From a virus: a stretch of 64,000 bases of DNA. Positions within the stretch are counted from its first letter, which is position 1. Each line of letters starts with the position of its first letter. The stretch lies in IMG/VR virus record IMGVR_UViG_3300036985_004624, one strand, 5' to 3'. The translations under genes and the position numbers were made by a program. The notes below the pieces were generated by a model, which searched no databases, had not been told where the DNA came from, and saw only the letters and a list, made by a program, of their open reading frames with translations. Of the stretch, positions 1 through 11,003 are shown piece after piece.

Positions 1-2092
1 AAGTGGCTTTAGTGGAACAAGTGGCTGGTCTGGAACAAGCGGAGAAAGCGGCTTTAGTGGTGTAAGTGGCTGGTCTGGTACATCTGGCGAAAGTGGCTTT
101 AGTGGAACAAGTGGCTGGTCTGGAACAAGCGGAGAAAGCGGCTTTAGTGGTGTAAGTGGCTGGTCTGGTACATCTGGCGAAAGTGGCTTTAGTGGAACAA
201 GTGGCTGGTCTGGAACATCTGGAACAAGTGGTGTAAGTGGATGGTCTGGTACAAGCGGAGAAAGCGGCTTTAGTGGTGTAAGTGGGTGGTCTGGTACAAG
301 CGGAGAAAGCGGCTTTAGTGGTACAAGTGGCTGGTCTGGTACAAGCGGAGAAAGCGGCTTTAGTGGAACAAGTGGTTGGTCTGGTACATCTGGCGAAAGC
401 GGCTTTAGTGGAACAAGTGGCTGGTCTGGTACATCTGGCGAAAGTGGCTTTAGTGGTGTAAGTGGCTGGTCTGGTACAAGCGGGGAAAGCGGCTTTAGTG
501 GTGTAAGTGGCTGGTCTGGTACAAGCGGAGAAAGCGGCTTTAGTGGTGTAAGTGGCTGGTCTGGTACATCTGGCGAAAGTGGCTTTAGTGGAACAAGTGG
601 CTTTAGTGGAACAAGTGGCTGGTCTGGTACAAGCGGAGAAAGCGGCTTTAGTGGAACAAGTGGCTGGTCTGGTACAAGCGGAGAAAGCGGCTTTAGTGGT
701 GTAAGTGGTTGGTCTGGTACATCTGGTACAAGCGGTATAAGTGGCTGGTCTGGAACAAGTGGTACAAGCGGAATAAGTGGCTGGTCTGGAACAAGTGGTA
801 CAAGCGGAATAAGTGGCTGGTCTGGAACAAGTGGTACAAGCGGAATAAGTGGCTGGTCTGGAACAAGTGGTACAAGCGGAATAAGTGGCTGGTCTGGTAC
901 ATCTGGCGAAAGCGGCTTTAGTGGAACAAGTGGCTGGTCTGGTACATCTGGCGAAAGCGGCTTTAGTGGAACAAGTGGTTGGTCTGGTACATCTGGCGAA
1001 AGCGGTACAAGTGGTTGGTCTGGTACATCTGGCGAAAGCGGTACAAGTGGTTGGTCTGGTACATCTGGCGAAAGCGGCTTTAGTGGAACAAGTGGTTGGT
1101 CTGGAACAAGCGGAGAAAGCGGCTTTAGTGGAACAAGTGGTTGGTCTGGTACATCTGGAACAAGTGGTTGGTCTGGTACAAGCGGAACAAGTGGCTTTAG
1201 TGGAACAAGTGGCGTAAGTGGCTGGTCTGGAACAAGTGGTACAAGCGGAGAAAGCGGCTTTAGTGGAACAAGTGGCGTAAGTGGCTGGTCTGGTACATCT
1301 GGAACAAGTGGCTGGTCTGGTACAAGCGGAGAAAGCGGCTTTAGTGGAACAAGTGGCGTAAGTGGCTGGTCTGGCACAAGTGGAACAAGTGGCTTTAGTG
1401 GAACAAGTGGCTGGTCTGGTACAAGCGGAGAAAGCGGCTTTAGTGGAACAAGTGGCTGGTCTGGTACATCTGGAACAAGTGGTGTAAGTGGCTGGTCTGG
1501 TACAAGCGGAACAAGTGGTTGGTCTGGTACAAGCGGAGAAAGCGGCTTTAGTGGAACAAGTGGCTGGTCTGGTACATCTGGAACAAGTGGTGTAAGTGGC
1601 TGGTCTGGTACAAGCGGAACAAGCGGCTGGTCTGGTACAAGCGGAACAAGTGGCTGGTCTGGTACAAGCGGAACAAGTGGCTGGTCTGGTACAAGCGGAA
1701 CAAGTGGCTGGTCTGGAACAAGCGGCTGGTCTGGAACAAGCGGAGAAAGCGGCTTTAGTGGAACAAGTGGCTGGTCCGGTACATCTGGCGAAAGCGGCTT
1801 TAGTGGAACAAGTGGCTGGTCTGGAACATCTGGTATATCAGGTGCAAGCACAAGTGGTTGGTCTGGAACATCTGGCGAAAGCGGCTTTAGTGGAACAAGT
1901 GGATGGTCTGGTACAAGTGGAACAAGTGGATGGTCTGGTACAAGTGGAACAAGTGGATGGTCTGGTACAAGTGGAACAAGTGGATGGTCTGGTACAAGTG
2001 GAACAAGTGGCTGGTCTGGTACAAGTGGAACAAGTGGCTGGTCTGGTACAAGTGGCTGGTCTGGTACAAGCGGAGTAAGTGGCTTTAGTGGC
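1..2092 (+). repeat. Coding tandem repeat block 1 ([15 protein letters not shown] triplets)
   Basis: 9-bp based units such as agtggctggtctggtaca and agcggagaaagcggcttt; near-perfect 36-bp (about 734-890) and 27-bp (about 1892-2030) sub-arrays. Confidence 0.95.
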
Positions 2093-5000
2093 TCACCGGG
2101 TTCTTCAACATTTGGGCGTGTTTGGTACTATCAACAAGAGCCATCGGGCGTAGGAACCTACGAAACACTATCACTTAATCCAACAGACATTTTATCCACA
2201 GATGTCACAGTAACTATTACTAGTGGATCGGGTACAGTGCTAATAGACGGGTATATTACTCCGGCGGGCGACCCAAATATTACTGTTATTCCGTCAGGCG
2301 AAATAGGATTTGATACTTACAGGTATGTTAGCGCGACTACAGGAACAACTACATTAACTTATGAAGTATATAAGTATGCGTTAGATACCACTGAAACGTT
2401 CTTATTCTCCATTACTGGAGCAGATATAACTGATACGATTATAACAATTGGTTCTACGGTTACTTATGTAAACACTCCTATTGTTCTTCTGGCTACAGAT
2501 AGAATAATAGTTAAGGTATACGCTCAAACAACAAGTGCTACGTCTGTAACAGTGAATTTTTATTACGGTGCTAATTACTCTTCACATATATTAACTTCGA
2601 TAGGTCAGGGAATAAGCGGAATAAGTGGCTGGTCTGGCACATCTGGTGTAAGTGGCTGGTCTGGTACAAGCGGTACAAGTGGCTTTAGTGGAACAAGTGG
2701 CTGGTCTGGTACAAGCGGAACAAGTGGCTTTAGTGGAACAAGTGGCTGGTCTGGTACAAGCGGCGTAAGTGGGTGGTCTGGTACAAGCGGAACAAGCGGT
2801 ATAGGTTTAAGTGGTTATAGCGGTCAGGCTGGTGCAAGCACAAGCGGTTACAGTGGAATTAGTGGTTGGTCTGGAACATCTGGCGTAAGCGGCTGGTCTG
2901 GAACATCTGGTACAAGTGGAATTAGTGGCTACAGTGGAATTAGTGGCTGGTCTGGTACAAGTGGTACAAGTGGCTACAGTGGAATTAGTGGCTGGTCTGG
3001 AACAAGCGGCGTAAGTGGCTGGTCTGGTACAAGTGGTACAAGTGGCTGGTCTGGTACAAGTGGTACAAGTGGCTGGTCTGGTACAAGTGGTATAAGTGGC
3101 TGGTCTGGTACAAGTGGAACAAGTGGCTGGTCTGGTACAAGTGGAACAAGTGGCTGGTCTGGTACAAGTGGAACAAGTGGCTGGTCTGGTACAAGTGGAA
3201 CAAGTGGCTACAGTGGAATCGCTGGTACAAGTGGCTACAGTGGAATTAGTGGCTGGTCTGGTACAAGTGGTACAAGTGGCTGGTCTGGTACAAGTGGTAT
3301 AAGTGGCTGGTCTGGCGTAAGTGGCTACAGTGGTATAAGTGGCTGGTCTGGAACAAGTGGCGTAAGTGGCTGGTCTGGTACATCTGGCGAAAGTGGCTTT
3401 AGTGGAACAAGTGGCTGGTCTGGTACAAGTGGCGAAAGTGGCTACAGTGGAATCGCTGGTACAAGTGGCTACAGTGGAATTAGTGGCTACAGTGGAATTA
3501 GTGGCTGGTCTGGTACAAGCGGAACAAGTGGCTGGTCTGGTACAAGCGGAACAAGTGGCTGGTCTGGTACATCTGGCGAAAGTGGCTGGTCTGGTACAAG
3601 CGGAACAAGTGGCTGGTCTGGTACAAGCGGAACAAGCGGCTGGTCTGGTACAAGCGGAACAAGCGGAACAAGTGGCTGGTCTGGAACAAGCGGAACAAGT
3701 GGCTACAGTGGAACAAGTGGCTGGTCTGGTACAAGCGGCGTAAGTGGCTGGTCTGGTACATCTGGAACAAGCGGAACAAGTGGCTACAGTGGAATAAGTG
3801 GCTGGTCTGGAACAAGCGGCTACAGCGGTATTAGTGGTTGGTCTGGAACAAGCGGCTACAGCGGTATTAGTGGTTGGTCTGGAACAAGTGGCTACAGCGG
3901 TATTAGTGGTTGGTCTGGAACAAGTGGCTACAGCGGTATTAGTGGTTGGTCTGGAACAAGTGGCGTAAGTGGCTACAGTGGAATTAGTGGCTGGTCTGGA
4001 ACAAGTGGCGTAAGTGGCTGGTCTGGTACATCTGGAACAAGCGGCTACAGCGGAGTTAGTGGTTGGTCTGGCACATCTGGTGTATCTGGATGGTCTGGTG
4101 TCAGTGGCTATTCAGGCATCAGTGGCTGGTCTGGAACAAGCGGAACAAGCGGAACAAGCGGTTACAGTGGAATAAGTGGCTGGTCTGGTACAAGCGGCGT
4201 AAGTGGCTGGTCTGGAACAAGCGGAACAAGCGGAACAAGTGGCTGGTCTGGAACAAGCGGAACAAGTGGAACAAGCGGTTACAGTGGAATAAGTGGTTGG
4301 TCTGGCACATCTGGTACAAGTGGCTACAGTGGTATCGCTGGTACAAGTGGCTACAGTGGTATAAGTGGCTGGTCTGGTACAAGTGGAATAAGTGGTTGGT
4401 CTGGCACATCTGGTACAAGTGGCTACAGTGGTATCGCTGGTACAAGTGGCTACAGTGGTATAAGTGGCTGGTCTGGTACAAGCGGAACAAGTGGCTACAG
4501 TGGTATCGCTGGTACAAGTGGCTACAGTGGTATCGCTGGTACAAGTGGCTACAGTGGTATAAGTGGCTGGTCTGGTACAAGTGGTACAAGTGGCTACAGT
4601 GGAATCGCTGGTACAAGTGGCTACAGTGGAATTAGTGGCTTAGGATTAAGTGGCTACAGTGGAATCGCTGGTACAAGTGGCTACAGTGGAATTAGTGGCT
4701 GGTCTGGTACAAGCGGCGTAAGTGGCTACAGTGGAATTAGTGGCTGGTCTGGTACAAGCGGCGTAAGTGGCTACAGTGGAATTAGTGGTCTAGGATTAAG
4801 TGGTTACAGCGGTATCAGTGGATCAGGTTTAAGTGGATATAGTGGTGTAGGTAGCGGCGGATCTTCTGGATATTCGGGTATTTCGGGTTCCAGTGCTAGT
4901 GGATCGTCGACTATAGTAGCACTCAACTTTGGAACTACACCAGTGACATCAAAATCATTCTCCATTGTAGATGCAGCAGCATTAACAACAAGTAAAATTC

Positions 5001-5173
5001 AGATGCAACCTGTTGCATCTACCACTGGTTCTGCATTAGGTGGCGACGAGTATGAAATGGATAATTTCTCGTGTGCCGCATACTGTTTAGTAAACGGCAC
5101 TATTATTGCATATATACAAGCCTTCCCAGGACCTGTGAGAGACAAACGTAACTTTATTTACATAATAGGATAG
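1..5173 (+). CDS. Giant Ser-Gly-X (collagen-like, Pro-free) repeat protein, probable virion fibre; 5' end outside window
   Basis: The frame starting at nt 2 is open without a stop to TAG at 5171-5173 (>=1723 aa), so the ORF-track start at 2237 is internal. Two SGX blocks (about 2-2092 and 2608-4890) flank a globular segment (about 2100-2607); about 95-aa C-terminal domain. Confidence 0.85.
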   Translation, partial: SGFSGTSGWSGTSGESGFSGVSGWSGTSGESGFSGTSGWSGTSGESGFSGVSGWSGTSGESGFSGTSGWSGTSGTSGVSGWSGTSGESGFSGVSGWSGTSGESGFSGTSGWSGTSGESGFSGTSGWSGTSGESGFSGTSGWSGTSGESGFSGVSGWSGTSGESGFSGVSGWSGTSGESGFSGVSGWSGTSGESGFSGTSGFSGTSGWSGTSGESGFSGTSGWSGTSGESGFSGVSGWSGTSGTSGISGWSGTSGTSGISGWSGTSGTSGISGWSGTSGTSGISGWSGTSGTSGISGWSGTSGESGFSGTSGWSGTSGESGFSGTSGWSGTSGESGTSGWSGTSGESGTSGWSGTSGESGFSGTSGWSGTSGESGFSGTSGWSGTSGTSGWSGTSGTSGFSGTSGVSGWSGTSGTSGESGFSGTSGVSGWSGTSGTSGWSGTSGESGFSGTSGVSGWSGTSGTSGFSGTSGWSGTSGESGFSGTSGWSGTSGTSGVSGWSGTSGTSGWSGTSGESGFSGTSGWSGTSGTSGVSGWSGTSGTSGWSGTSGTSGWSGTSGTSGWSGTSGTSGWSGTSGWSGTSGESGFSGTSGWSGTSGESGFSGTSGWSGTSGISGASTSGWSGTSGESGFSGTSGWSGTSGTSGWSGTSGTSGWSGTSGTSGWSGTSGTSGWSGTSGTSGWSGTSGWSGTSGVSGFSGSPGSSTFGRVWYYQQEPSGVGTYETLSLNPTDILSTDVTVTITSGSGTVLIDGYITPAGDPNITVIPSGEIGFDTYRYVSATTGTTTLTYEVYKYALDTTETFLFSITGADITDTIITIGSTVTYVNTPIVLLATDRIIVKVYAQTTSATSVTVNFYYGANYSSHILTSIGQGISGISGWSGTSGVSGWSGTSGTSGFSGTSGWSGTSGTSGFSGTSGWSGTSGVSGWSGTSGTSGIGLSGYSGQAGASTSGYSGISGWSGTSGVSGWSGTSGTSGISGYSGISGWSGTSGTSGYSGISGWSGTSGVSGWSGTSGTSGWSGTSGTSGWSGTSGISGWSGTSGTSGWSGTSGTSGWSGTSGTSGWSGTSGTSGYSGIAGTSGYSGISGWSGTSGTSGWSGTSGISGWSGVSGYSGISGWSGTSGVSGWSGTSGESGFSGTSGWSGTSGESGYSGIAGTSGYSGISGYSGISGWSGTSGTSGWSGTSGTSGWSGTSGESGWSGTSGTSGWSGTSGTSGWSGTSGTSGTSGWSGTSGTSGYSGTSGWSGTSGVSGWSGTSGTSGTSGYSGISGWSGTSGYSGISGWSGTSGYSGISGWSGTSGYSGISGWSGTSGYSGISGWSGTSGVSGYSGISGWSGTSGVSGWSGTSGTSGYSGVSGWSGTSGVSGWSGVSGYSGISGWSGTSGTSGTSGYSGISGWSGTSGVSGWSGTSGTSGTSGWSGTSGTSGTSGYSGISGWSGTSGTSGYSGIAGTSGYSGISGWSGTSGISGWSGTSGTSGYSGIAGTSGYSGISGWSGTSGTSGYSGIAGTSGYSGIAGTSGYSGISGWSGTSGTSGYSGIAGTSGYSGISGLGLSGYSGIAGTSGYSGISGWSGTSGVSGYSGISGWSGTSGVSGYSGISGLGLSGYSGISGSGLSGYSGVGSGGSSGYSGISGSSASGSSTIVALNFGTTPVTSKSFSIVDAAALTTSKIQMQPVASTTGSALGGDEYEMDNFSCAAYCLVNGTIIAYIQAFPGPVRDKRNFIYIIG
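2608..4890 (+). repeat. Coding tandem repeat block 2 ([12 protein letters not shown] triplets)
   Basis: Same 9-bp periodicity; Tyr/Ile largely replace the Phe/Glu of block 1. Confidence 0.95.
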
Positions 5174-5175
5174 AT

Positions 5176-5835
5176 ATGGCAATTATTCAAGATCCGAGGC
5201 CGGGCGCCAGTAGTGCAATTATAGTAGACCCGACATTCGATGCTATGAGACTTTCCTTACGTCCCGCAGAATGTCAGGGGGCATATCGTTTCTCTATGAG
5301 AAGCGGAACTATAGCTGCTGCAACTGCTGCAGGAATACAGTTCATGTTCAGATACACAGGTACAGGCTCCTGTCAGGTACACTCTGTAAGGGTCGGACTA
5401 CAATCTACTGCGGCATATACACAGAATAATATGACTTTTACATTGAATGTTGTGCGAGGTTGGTCAGTAGGTGATACAGGCGGCACTCAGGCTACGTTGG
5501 GTAATGTACAAAAAGTAAGATCAGCGATGACTCAGACTCAAGTTGATATACGATATCCCACAACCGGTACGCTTACTGCTGCGGCGGCGACGGCCGGCAT
5601 AGAAGATCCGGCGCCATTTGCTTCTGCACAGATGGACTGTCCTGCCGCGCCACTTCGTGCTCAACCAATGCAAGAATTTCTTGATGAGTCATGGTTTACA
5701 AAACCGCTTACGTTGACTAACAATGAAGGATTTAGAGTGCGTAATCAATCAGCATACGGCGCAGTCGGTACTTCTGTTGTTGTATTCAGTGTGTTCTGGT
5801 CTGAATATCCTGCTGCTGCAACATTCTTCTACTAA
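5176..5835 (+). CDS. Putative virion protein, paralogue 1 of 3
   Basis: Shares DPTF-x-A-x-R..RP-x-E..GAYR...GTIAAATAAG and PL-x-L...EGFR-x-RN...W-x-E with the next two ORFs. Confidence 0.7.
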   Translation: MAIIQDPRPGASSAIIVDPTFDAMRLSLRPAECQGAYRFSMRSGTIAAATAAGIQFMFRYTGTGSCQVHSVRVGLQSTAAYTQNNMTFTLNVVRGWSVGDTGGTQATLGNVQKVRSAMTQTQVDIRYPTTGTLTAAAATAGIEDPAPFASAQMDCPAAPLRAQPMQEFLDESWFTKPLTLTNNEGFRVRNQSAYGAVGTSVVVFSVFWSEYPAAATFFY

Positions 5836-5854
5836 ATACTAAAAGGAATCAAAT

Positions 5855-6487
5855 ATGGCACAAATACAATCGGGCGCAGATACAACTCTATTAACAGTCG
5901 ACCCAACATTCAATGCAGCTCGTGTATCGATTCGGCCACCAGAAGTAACTGGGGCATATCGTTGTACTAAAACTACAGGCACAATAGCCGCTGCTACAGC
6001 CGCTGGCGTTATGGCAGCATTTAGATATCCAGGCACTGGCGTAGCAGTTGTGGCTTCGGTCAGAATCGGCATTAATCTACTTACAGCATACACAGCTGGA
6101 TCTATTATTTTTAGTGTATGGGGTACACGAAGTTACACCGCAACAGAAACAACAAACTACACCGCTGCAACGCTGACAGGTAATAATGCAAAACTTCGTA
6201 CTAGTATGGCAACATGCTCCTCCTTATTTGGGGTAGCTACCACAACAGGTATTACAGGAGGTACAGGAACAGATGATTCTCAACCGCTCGGTTCATGTAC
6301 ATTCACCTTGCCTGCGACAGTAGCCGGTCAATCAGTTCAAGACTTCTTCACATTTAATATGCAGAGTTTTCCGTTAATACTTGGACAGAATGAAGGTTTT
6401 AGACTTCGTAACGATACAGCTTTTGCATCAGCAGGTACATCCAATCTTGTAATTTCAGTCGAATGGTTTGAGGCCACTTCGTATTAA
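5855..6487 (+). CDS. Putative virion protein, paralogue 2 of 3
   Basis: Same motifs; AAGGA SD and CTAAATA upstream. Confidence 0.7.
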   Translation: MAQIQSGADTTLLTVDPTFNAARVSIRPPEVTGAYRCTKTTGTIAAATAAGVMAAFRYPGTGVAVVASVRIGINLLTAYTAGSIIFSVWGTRSYTATETTNYTAATLTGNNAKLRTSMATCSSLFGVATTTGITGGTGTDDSQPLGSCTFTLPATVAGQSVQDFFTFNMQSFPLILGQNEGFRLRNDTAFASAGTSNLVISVEWFEATSY

Positions 6488-6488
6488 T

Positions 6489-7148
6489 ATGGCAATAATT
6501 AAATCAGGAGATACAGCGGATGGGTACTGGCAGGTAGACACAACAGCTAAAGCCGGCAAAGCGAGCGTTCGTTCTCAGGAGATCGGAACGGGCGGATACT
6601 ATCGTGCTACGCTAAACTCAGGCACTATTGCTGCGCCAGCAGCAGGATCTATCTTGTATGCTTTTCAAAATCCGTCGACTAGTCCTGATCTTGCAATAAT
6701 AATGGCACTGGCTCCGGGTCTTCGTGCAGTAGTTGGCAACGCTACCCCTTCTTGTTTCGTACTGAGTGCATATATAACACGATCTTATACTGTACTAGAT
6801 ACAACTGGTGCAGCGGCGGCGGTATCGTTTAAAGGTCAAATGATTACACAATCTTCACAACAGAATGCTTTATATCGTATTGCTAATACAGGGGCCATGT
6901 CTGGTGGTACAGGAACAGACGATGCCCAGCCTTTTTCTAGTATGGTTTTCACCCATCCGGGGACAATCAGCACATTAGGTGCCCAAACATTTTCTACGGT
7001 ACATATGAGTGGTATGTCGATGCCGCAATATCCAATTGTTCTTGCACCTGGAGAAGGTATCCGTGTTCGTACAGATCAGGCATGGCCTGCGAATAATACA
7101 GCAGTTCTTTTTATGGATGTAGCTTGGTTAGAAACAATTACGTATTAA
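6489..7148 (+). CDS. Putative virion protein, paralogue 3 of 3
   Basis: Start moved to MAIIKSG (6489) by homology to the paralogues; GGTGTDD-x-QP and PIVLAPGEGIRVR motifs. Confidence 0.7.
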   Translation: MAIIKSGDTADGYWQVDTTAKAGKASVRSQEIGTGGYYRATLNSGTIAAPAAGSILYAFQNPSTSPDLAIIMALAPGLRAVVGNATPSCFVLSAYITRSYTVLDTTGAAAAVSFKGQMITQSSQQNALYRIANTGAMSGGTGTDDAQPFSSMVFTHPGTISTLGAQTFSTVHMSGMSMPQYPIVLAPGEGIRVRTDQAWPANNTAVLFMDVAWLETITY

Positions 7149-7396
7149 CACTGTTTTTGCCATTTTATCTTATTCCATACTCGTTCGTGTAACCAATATA
7201 TAAAAGGTTTAATAACTATTTCGGTTGCACCTATCGCCAGAGATATAGTAATTACACCTGTTACGACATACGAAATAGCTACTGTAGTCAGTGTACCGCA
7301 CATCCGATAGCTGTATGCTTTTACCAGACTACGAATTCCCGACTCACCGTTATTTAAGTCCCAACTCTTTACGAATTTTTGTAGCAGAGATTTCAT
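7145..7396 (-). CDS. DUF2061-like small membrane protein
   Basis: ES-x-x-RSLVKA-x-S-x-R ... YWLHERVW pattern; this family often lies next to APS kinase genes. Confidence 0.7.
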   Translation of the reverse strand: MKSLLQKFVKSWDLNNGESGIRSLVKAYSYRMCGTLTTVAISYVVTGVITISLAIGATEIVIKPFIYWLHERVWNKIKWQKQC

Positions 7397-8201
7397 GTGT
7401 TACATCGTCAAATGTTTCTTGTGCAATAGTATAACCCACGCCCCGACCATACCCTATATGAACAATGTTAGGCACTGCCTGAATTTCATATTGACCTTGA
7501 TACAATGGGTCTAAGTCTCGTCTAATAAAACCTTCGACCTGTTTTAATTCAAATGGGTTTGTGCCTTGCCAACCCTGACAATCTCTAATCTGAATAACTA
7601 CTTGTCCAGTCTTCTGAATTAATCTATCAAACAGTGCTCTGTGACCTTCGTGCCAGGGTTGCCATCTACCCAACATCTGTACTGTTTCTTTTTGCCAGTT
7701 AAAAACGGGGCGACGACGATTATCCAATATATGCTGGCCGACAAACTCTGCCCATTTATCTGCATTCTTCTCATTAATCCGAAAATCATATTGTTCCGGT
7801 GGTATAAAGGCTTTATTGGTATCATCGAAACGACCTTGATCGATAGTATCCATCCAGATAGTCCAGTCTGCCTTAAAGTTATTTCGCATCTCCACTAGCG
7901 GTGCAACAAAGTCAGCGATAACAAAATCACCGGATGACTTTAATGCAAATTCTGCCATGCGTAGAGATTGGCGAATACGACCATCATGAGAAAAGTCCCA
8001 GTCGTTAAACCGCTTACGAATTTCATCTGCATTAAACCAGTCTACTGTGCAATGATATTCTCCTAACTGAAAATCAGTCGCCATTGCATTAGATAAAGAC
8101 ATATTATTTGCTGTGCCGTTATCTTCCAGATATTTTTTAAGTGCTGTCGCTAAGAATGTCTTGCCTGAGCCTGGGAGGCCCATTATTAAAATCTTTGACA
8201 T
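7350..8201 (-). CDS. APS-kinase-like P-loop domain fused to HxGH nucleotidyltransferase
   Basis: GLPGSGKT, NADEIR, DFS-x-x-GR, FVAP; C-terminal GRWQPWHEGH and ISATKIR. Confidence 0.8.
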   Translation of the reverse strand: MSKILIMGLPGSGKTFLATALKKYLEDNGTANNMSLSNAMATDFQLGEYHCTVDWFNADEIRKRFNDWDFSHDGRIRQSLRMAEFALKSSGDFVIADFVAPLVEMRNNFKADWTIWMDTIDQGRFDDTNKAFIPPEQYDFRINEKNADKWAEFVGQHILDNRRRPVFNWQKETVQMLGRWQPWHEGHRALFDRLIQKTGQVVIQIRDCQGWQGTNPFELKQVEGFIRRDLDPLYQGQYEIQAVPNIVHIGYGRGVGYTIAQETFDDVTHEISATKIRKELGLK

Positions 8202-8806
8202 TATAAATTATACTCCTTACATACCATATTATATATTTCTTCCCACGGTCTTTCGTAACTTACTGTTGGAAATAAATCAGTTGTGTAATGTGCGTTATAT
8301 GGGTGTCTAATTAATACTGTTTGTAGGCCAGCTTCATATCCGGCCTCTGCCTGACGCATGTGATCTTCAATCCAGAAATATCCCGTATCTTGCCAATTTT
8401 TTAAAATATGCGCTTTGCTTGCACCCATTTCAATACAATTGATTTCTTTAAATACATGACTACCGAAAATACTGTGCAGATTCTTTGATCTATAATAATG
8501 GGCATGTGGCGCATCACTAAGACTTGTAACAACAATAAATCTAAAACCTTTATCTGAGAGTCGGGCTACATATTCTACGGAATCAGCAAATGGTTCCAAA
8601 TCAGCAATACTCGGGCCTTCATTAAATTCCCTGACGAGTTCTGTAGCATATGCAGAAGTAATATTGTGCCTTTTCGATAATAGATATTGATCATCCGTAT
8701 TGGGTAATTGTGGCATACCTTTATCTTCCATGAACTTATTAAAACCGTCGTTCCAGTTGCAGAGTACTCCGTCGCAATCTGTTAAGATAATCTTCTCTTT
8801 AATCAT
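8201..8806 (-). CDS. HAD-family phosphatase / 5'(3')-deoxyribonucleotidase-like (T4 30.2-like)
   Basis: ILTDCDGVL (DxD motif), VTS, WIEDH. Confidence 0.8.
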   Translation of the reverse strand: MIKEKIILTDCDGVLCNWNDGFNKFMEDKGMPQLPNTDDQYLLSKRHNITSAYATELVREFNEGPSIADLEPFADSVEYVARLSDKGFRFIVVTSLSDAPHAHYYRSKNLHSIFGSHVFKEINCIEMGASKAHILKNWQDTGYFWIEDHMRQAEAGYEAGLQTVLIRHPYNAHYTTDLFPTVSYERPWEEIYNMVCKEYNL

Positions 8807-9159
8807 ATATCAAATACCGTATGTGGTCTTACGTTACCGAAAGAATCAGTAATCATTGTTTCGGGTATGACAATTTCTGGAACACGTAATGCATTATAGG
8901 CAGTCTCGAGTTCTGTCATTTGCTTAGAATACTTCTTCCATACATATTCTTCGAACTTTGCATAATCGCCCATTCCTTTACTTTCGCCGCTTATCATCTT
9001 TCTATTAAGATAATCGCCGATTGCGCTAGACATAGTGATATGCTTATTTCTTAACTGATTAACAAATTCTACAGATTCTGCAACTTCCCACTCTGTTCTA
9101 GAACCCTTCTTTAAATTATGTTTGTGAGATAACACGATAAAAACTTTTTCTTTACTCAT
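8803..9159 (-). CDS. Hypothetical protein
   Basis: 118-aa ORF with ATGA-type overlaps on both sides. Confidence 0.65.
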   Translation of the reverse strand: MSKEKVFIVLSHKHNLKKGSRTEWEVAESVEFVNQLRNKHITMSSAIGDYLNRKMISGESKGMGDYAKFEEYVWKKYSKQMTELETAYNALRVPEIVIPETMITDSFGNVRPHTVFDI

Positions 9160-10094
9160 AAAATACCTTTCGAAATCATTTCAAGTTCACATAAAGTTGC
9201 ACTAAGATTTAATTCAATATCAGAACACATAGTATGATTGATTAATCCATTTCTAATTGCAATAATCAGTCTACTCTGTTCTATATCATTTTCACTCCAA
9301 ATTTCTAAATTCTTATACATGAATGTATATACATCATCATATTCGTCTTTACTGATTTTTTCGCATATCAGCTTACGAGCATCTGTATATCTACCTGCCT
9401 TGAATAACACTACCATATCAGTCTTGTAATCGGATACAACCTCAGAGTCTGCGTCGGGAGAATTTAGCTTTCCATTGAAGGAATTAGCCTGAATCATGCT
9501 AATCCCGCGGCGTAGGTCGGGATATGTCTTCTGTACTATAGCTTCTAATGCATCTGGGTCAATTTCGACGTTTTCTTTATCCAGCACATTAACCAATCGC
9601 ATATAAAATTCGCTTGTATCTAATTTCTCTATATGCATACGACCAATTTCACATCTGGATTTAATCGCATCTATAATCTTGTGTGGATGATTACATGTAA
9701 GTAAGAATCTTACAGATCCTGCATACTTTTCTAATGTGCCTCTCAAAATACCCTGTGCTGGCGCCGAAAGACCGTCTGCTTCATCTAGAAATATATACTT
9801 TATATCTCCCACACCCATTGTTTCAGAAAATCGAGTAATAGTATCTCTAATAAAATCTACACCGTTATCCCTAGATGCGTTTACTTCTAATACATCAAAA
9901 GGATCTACGCCTAGTTCATTTAACAGAACTTTCACTAAGGTTGATTTACCCGTACCCGGAGACCCTGACAACAAGATATGTGGAAGTGCACCACTCTCTA
10001 TCCACTTCTCTATTTGTTTCTTTTGTTTTTGATCTTTGAAGACATAGTCTCCTATCGTCTTGGGTCTATATACTTCTGTCCACAGATTCTTCAT
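9156..10094 (-). CDS. Clamp loader AAA+ subunit (gp44/RFC small-subunit-like)
   Basis: LWTEVYRP, GSPGTGKS, NASRD, LDEAD, SRC, PDLRR; start set at MKNLW. Confidence 0.92.
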   Translation of the reverse strand: MKNLWTEVYRPKTIGDYVFKDQKQKKQIEKWIESGALPHILLSGSPGTGKSTLVKVLLNELGVDPFDVLEVNASRDNGVDFIRDTITRFSETMGVGDIKYIFLDEADGLSAPAQGILRGTLEKYAGSVRFLLTCNHPHKIIDAIKSRCEIGRMHIEKLDTSEFYMRLVNVLDKENVEIDPDALEAIVQKTYPDLRRGISMIQANSFNGKLNSPDADSEVVSDYKTDMVVLFKAGRYTDARKLICEKISKDEYDDVYTFMYKNLEIWSENDIEQSRLIIAIRNGLINHTMCSDIELNLSATLCELEMISKGIL

Positions 10095-10164
10095 ATGTTC
10101 TTTCTTAATTGACAAATAATAGCATAGTAAGGCATGCTATGCAAGACTTTCGGCTAATGCAGGC

Positions 10165-10509
10165 CTAAAATGCGTGTGATGTGGTAAATTCAGAAAATAT
10201 ATTCATATCAGGATCTTCGTCCGATACAAGCATAACAGACTTAGGCCATTCTACACCCCATACCTGTATATAGGTGCCATCGTCTTCTCTTATCTTTAAC
10301 ATGCGAGTCCAGCGACCATTCTCGACCAATATCCATTGTCCAACAGAAATTTCATCGATACCTTCGCCAATCGAATATACCCGGCCCCAGCGAGGGCGAA
10401 TGCCTTCGCTCTTACCATTATCATCAGGAATAATAATTCCATTTATAAGTCTAGAACCGCGTTCTAAATCTGTTACCAGTACTTTACCGGGCATTGCTTT
10501 GATTTGCAT
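10165..10509 (-). CDS. groES: Co-chaperonin GroES-like
   Basis: KVLV...GIIIPD...GRVYSIGEG..EISVGQWILV. Confidence 0.8.
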   Translation of the reverse strand: MQIKAMPGKVLVTDLERGSRLINGIIIPDDNGKSEGIRPRWGRVYSIGEGIDEISVGQWILVENGRWTRMLKIREDDGTYIQVWGVEWPKSVMLVSDEDPDMNIFSEFTTSHAF

Positions 10510-10657
10510 CTGTAGGCCTTTCTTCTTTAATTAATGTATTTAATGCTTCTTCCACTTCTTTTACTGCATCAATATTATGCAATTTCAGTTGTTCCAAGAC
10601 GGCCTTGCCTATGGTGTATTTCACACCATTCACATTTCCCTCGATATCGCCGTCCAT
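10484..10657 (-). CDS. Small hypothetical protein (57 aa, not in ORF track)
   Basis: Hand translation MDGDIEGNVNGVKYTIGK...NAR*; fills the gap between neighbours. Confidence 0.5.
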   Translation of the reverse strand: MDGDIEGNVNGVKYTIGKAVLEQLKLHNIDAVKEVEEALNTLIKEERPTDANQSNAR

Positions 10658-10658
10658 A

Positions 10659-10985
10659 TTATTCTACTATAATATCACCAGAAGGTAACTCGGTTTCTTT
10701 AGATGCTACTTTAGGTGTCTTAACTGCTTTAGGCGCCTTAGGTGCTTCCATTTGAATATCGGGTACAATAGGCTGTTTACCTTTTAACCCCGTATTTGTA
10801 ATAATAGTTTGAACGCGATGATTATCTCTTGCTATTTGATCTGCTGTTTTTGTTATTACGCCGCGATTAATTTGGTCGCCCCTTGCGTTAACCTTCATAT
10901 TACCAATTGCAGGAATCTTTTCATTTTCGCGACTTAGAGATTCCATATCTATTGTCGCACCTCTGTATGATACATGTCGAGCCAT
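10659..10985 (-). CDS. Hypothetical phage protein
   Basis: AAGGA SD; AIGNMKVNARGD motif. Confidence 0.7.
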   Translation of the reverse strand: MARHVSYRGATIDMESLSRENEKIPAIGNMKVNARGDQINRGVITKTADQIARDNHRVQTIITNTGLKGKQPIVPDIQMEAPKAPKAVKTPKVASKETELPSGDIIVE

Positions 10986-11003
10986 ATCTTTTCCTTATAA
11001 AAA

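Noticed and set aside
693-4635. Many ORF-track entries in other frames and strands (YQTSHL, WLVWNK, AGLVQ repeats)
   Set aside because: They are shadow translations of the SGX repeat, interrupted by stops and lacking ribosome-binding sites.
1-4890. Possible CRISPR array or non-coding satellite
   Set aside because: No unique spacers; unit lengths are multiples of 3 and one frame stays open throughout.
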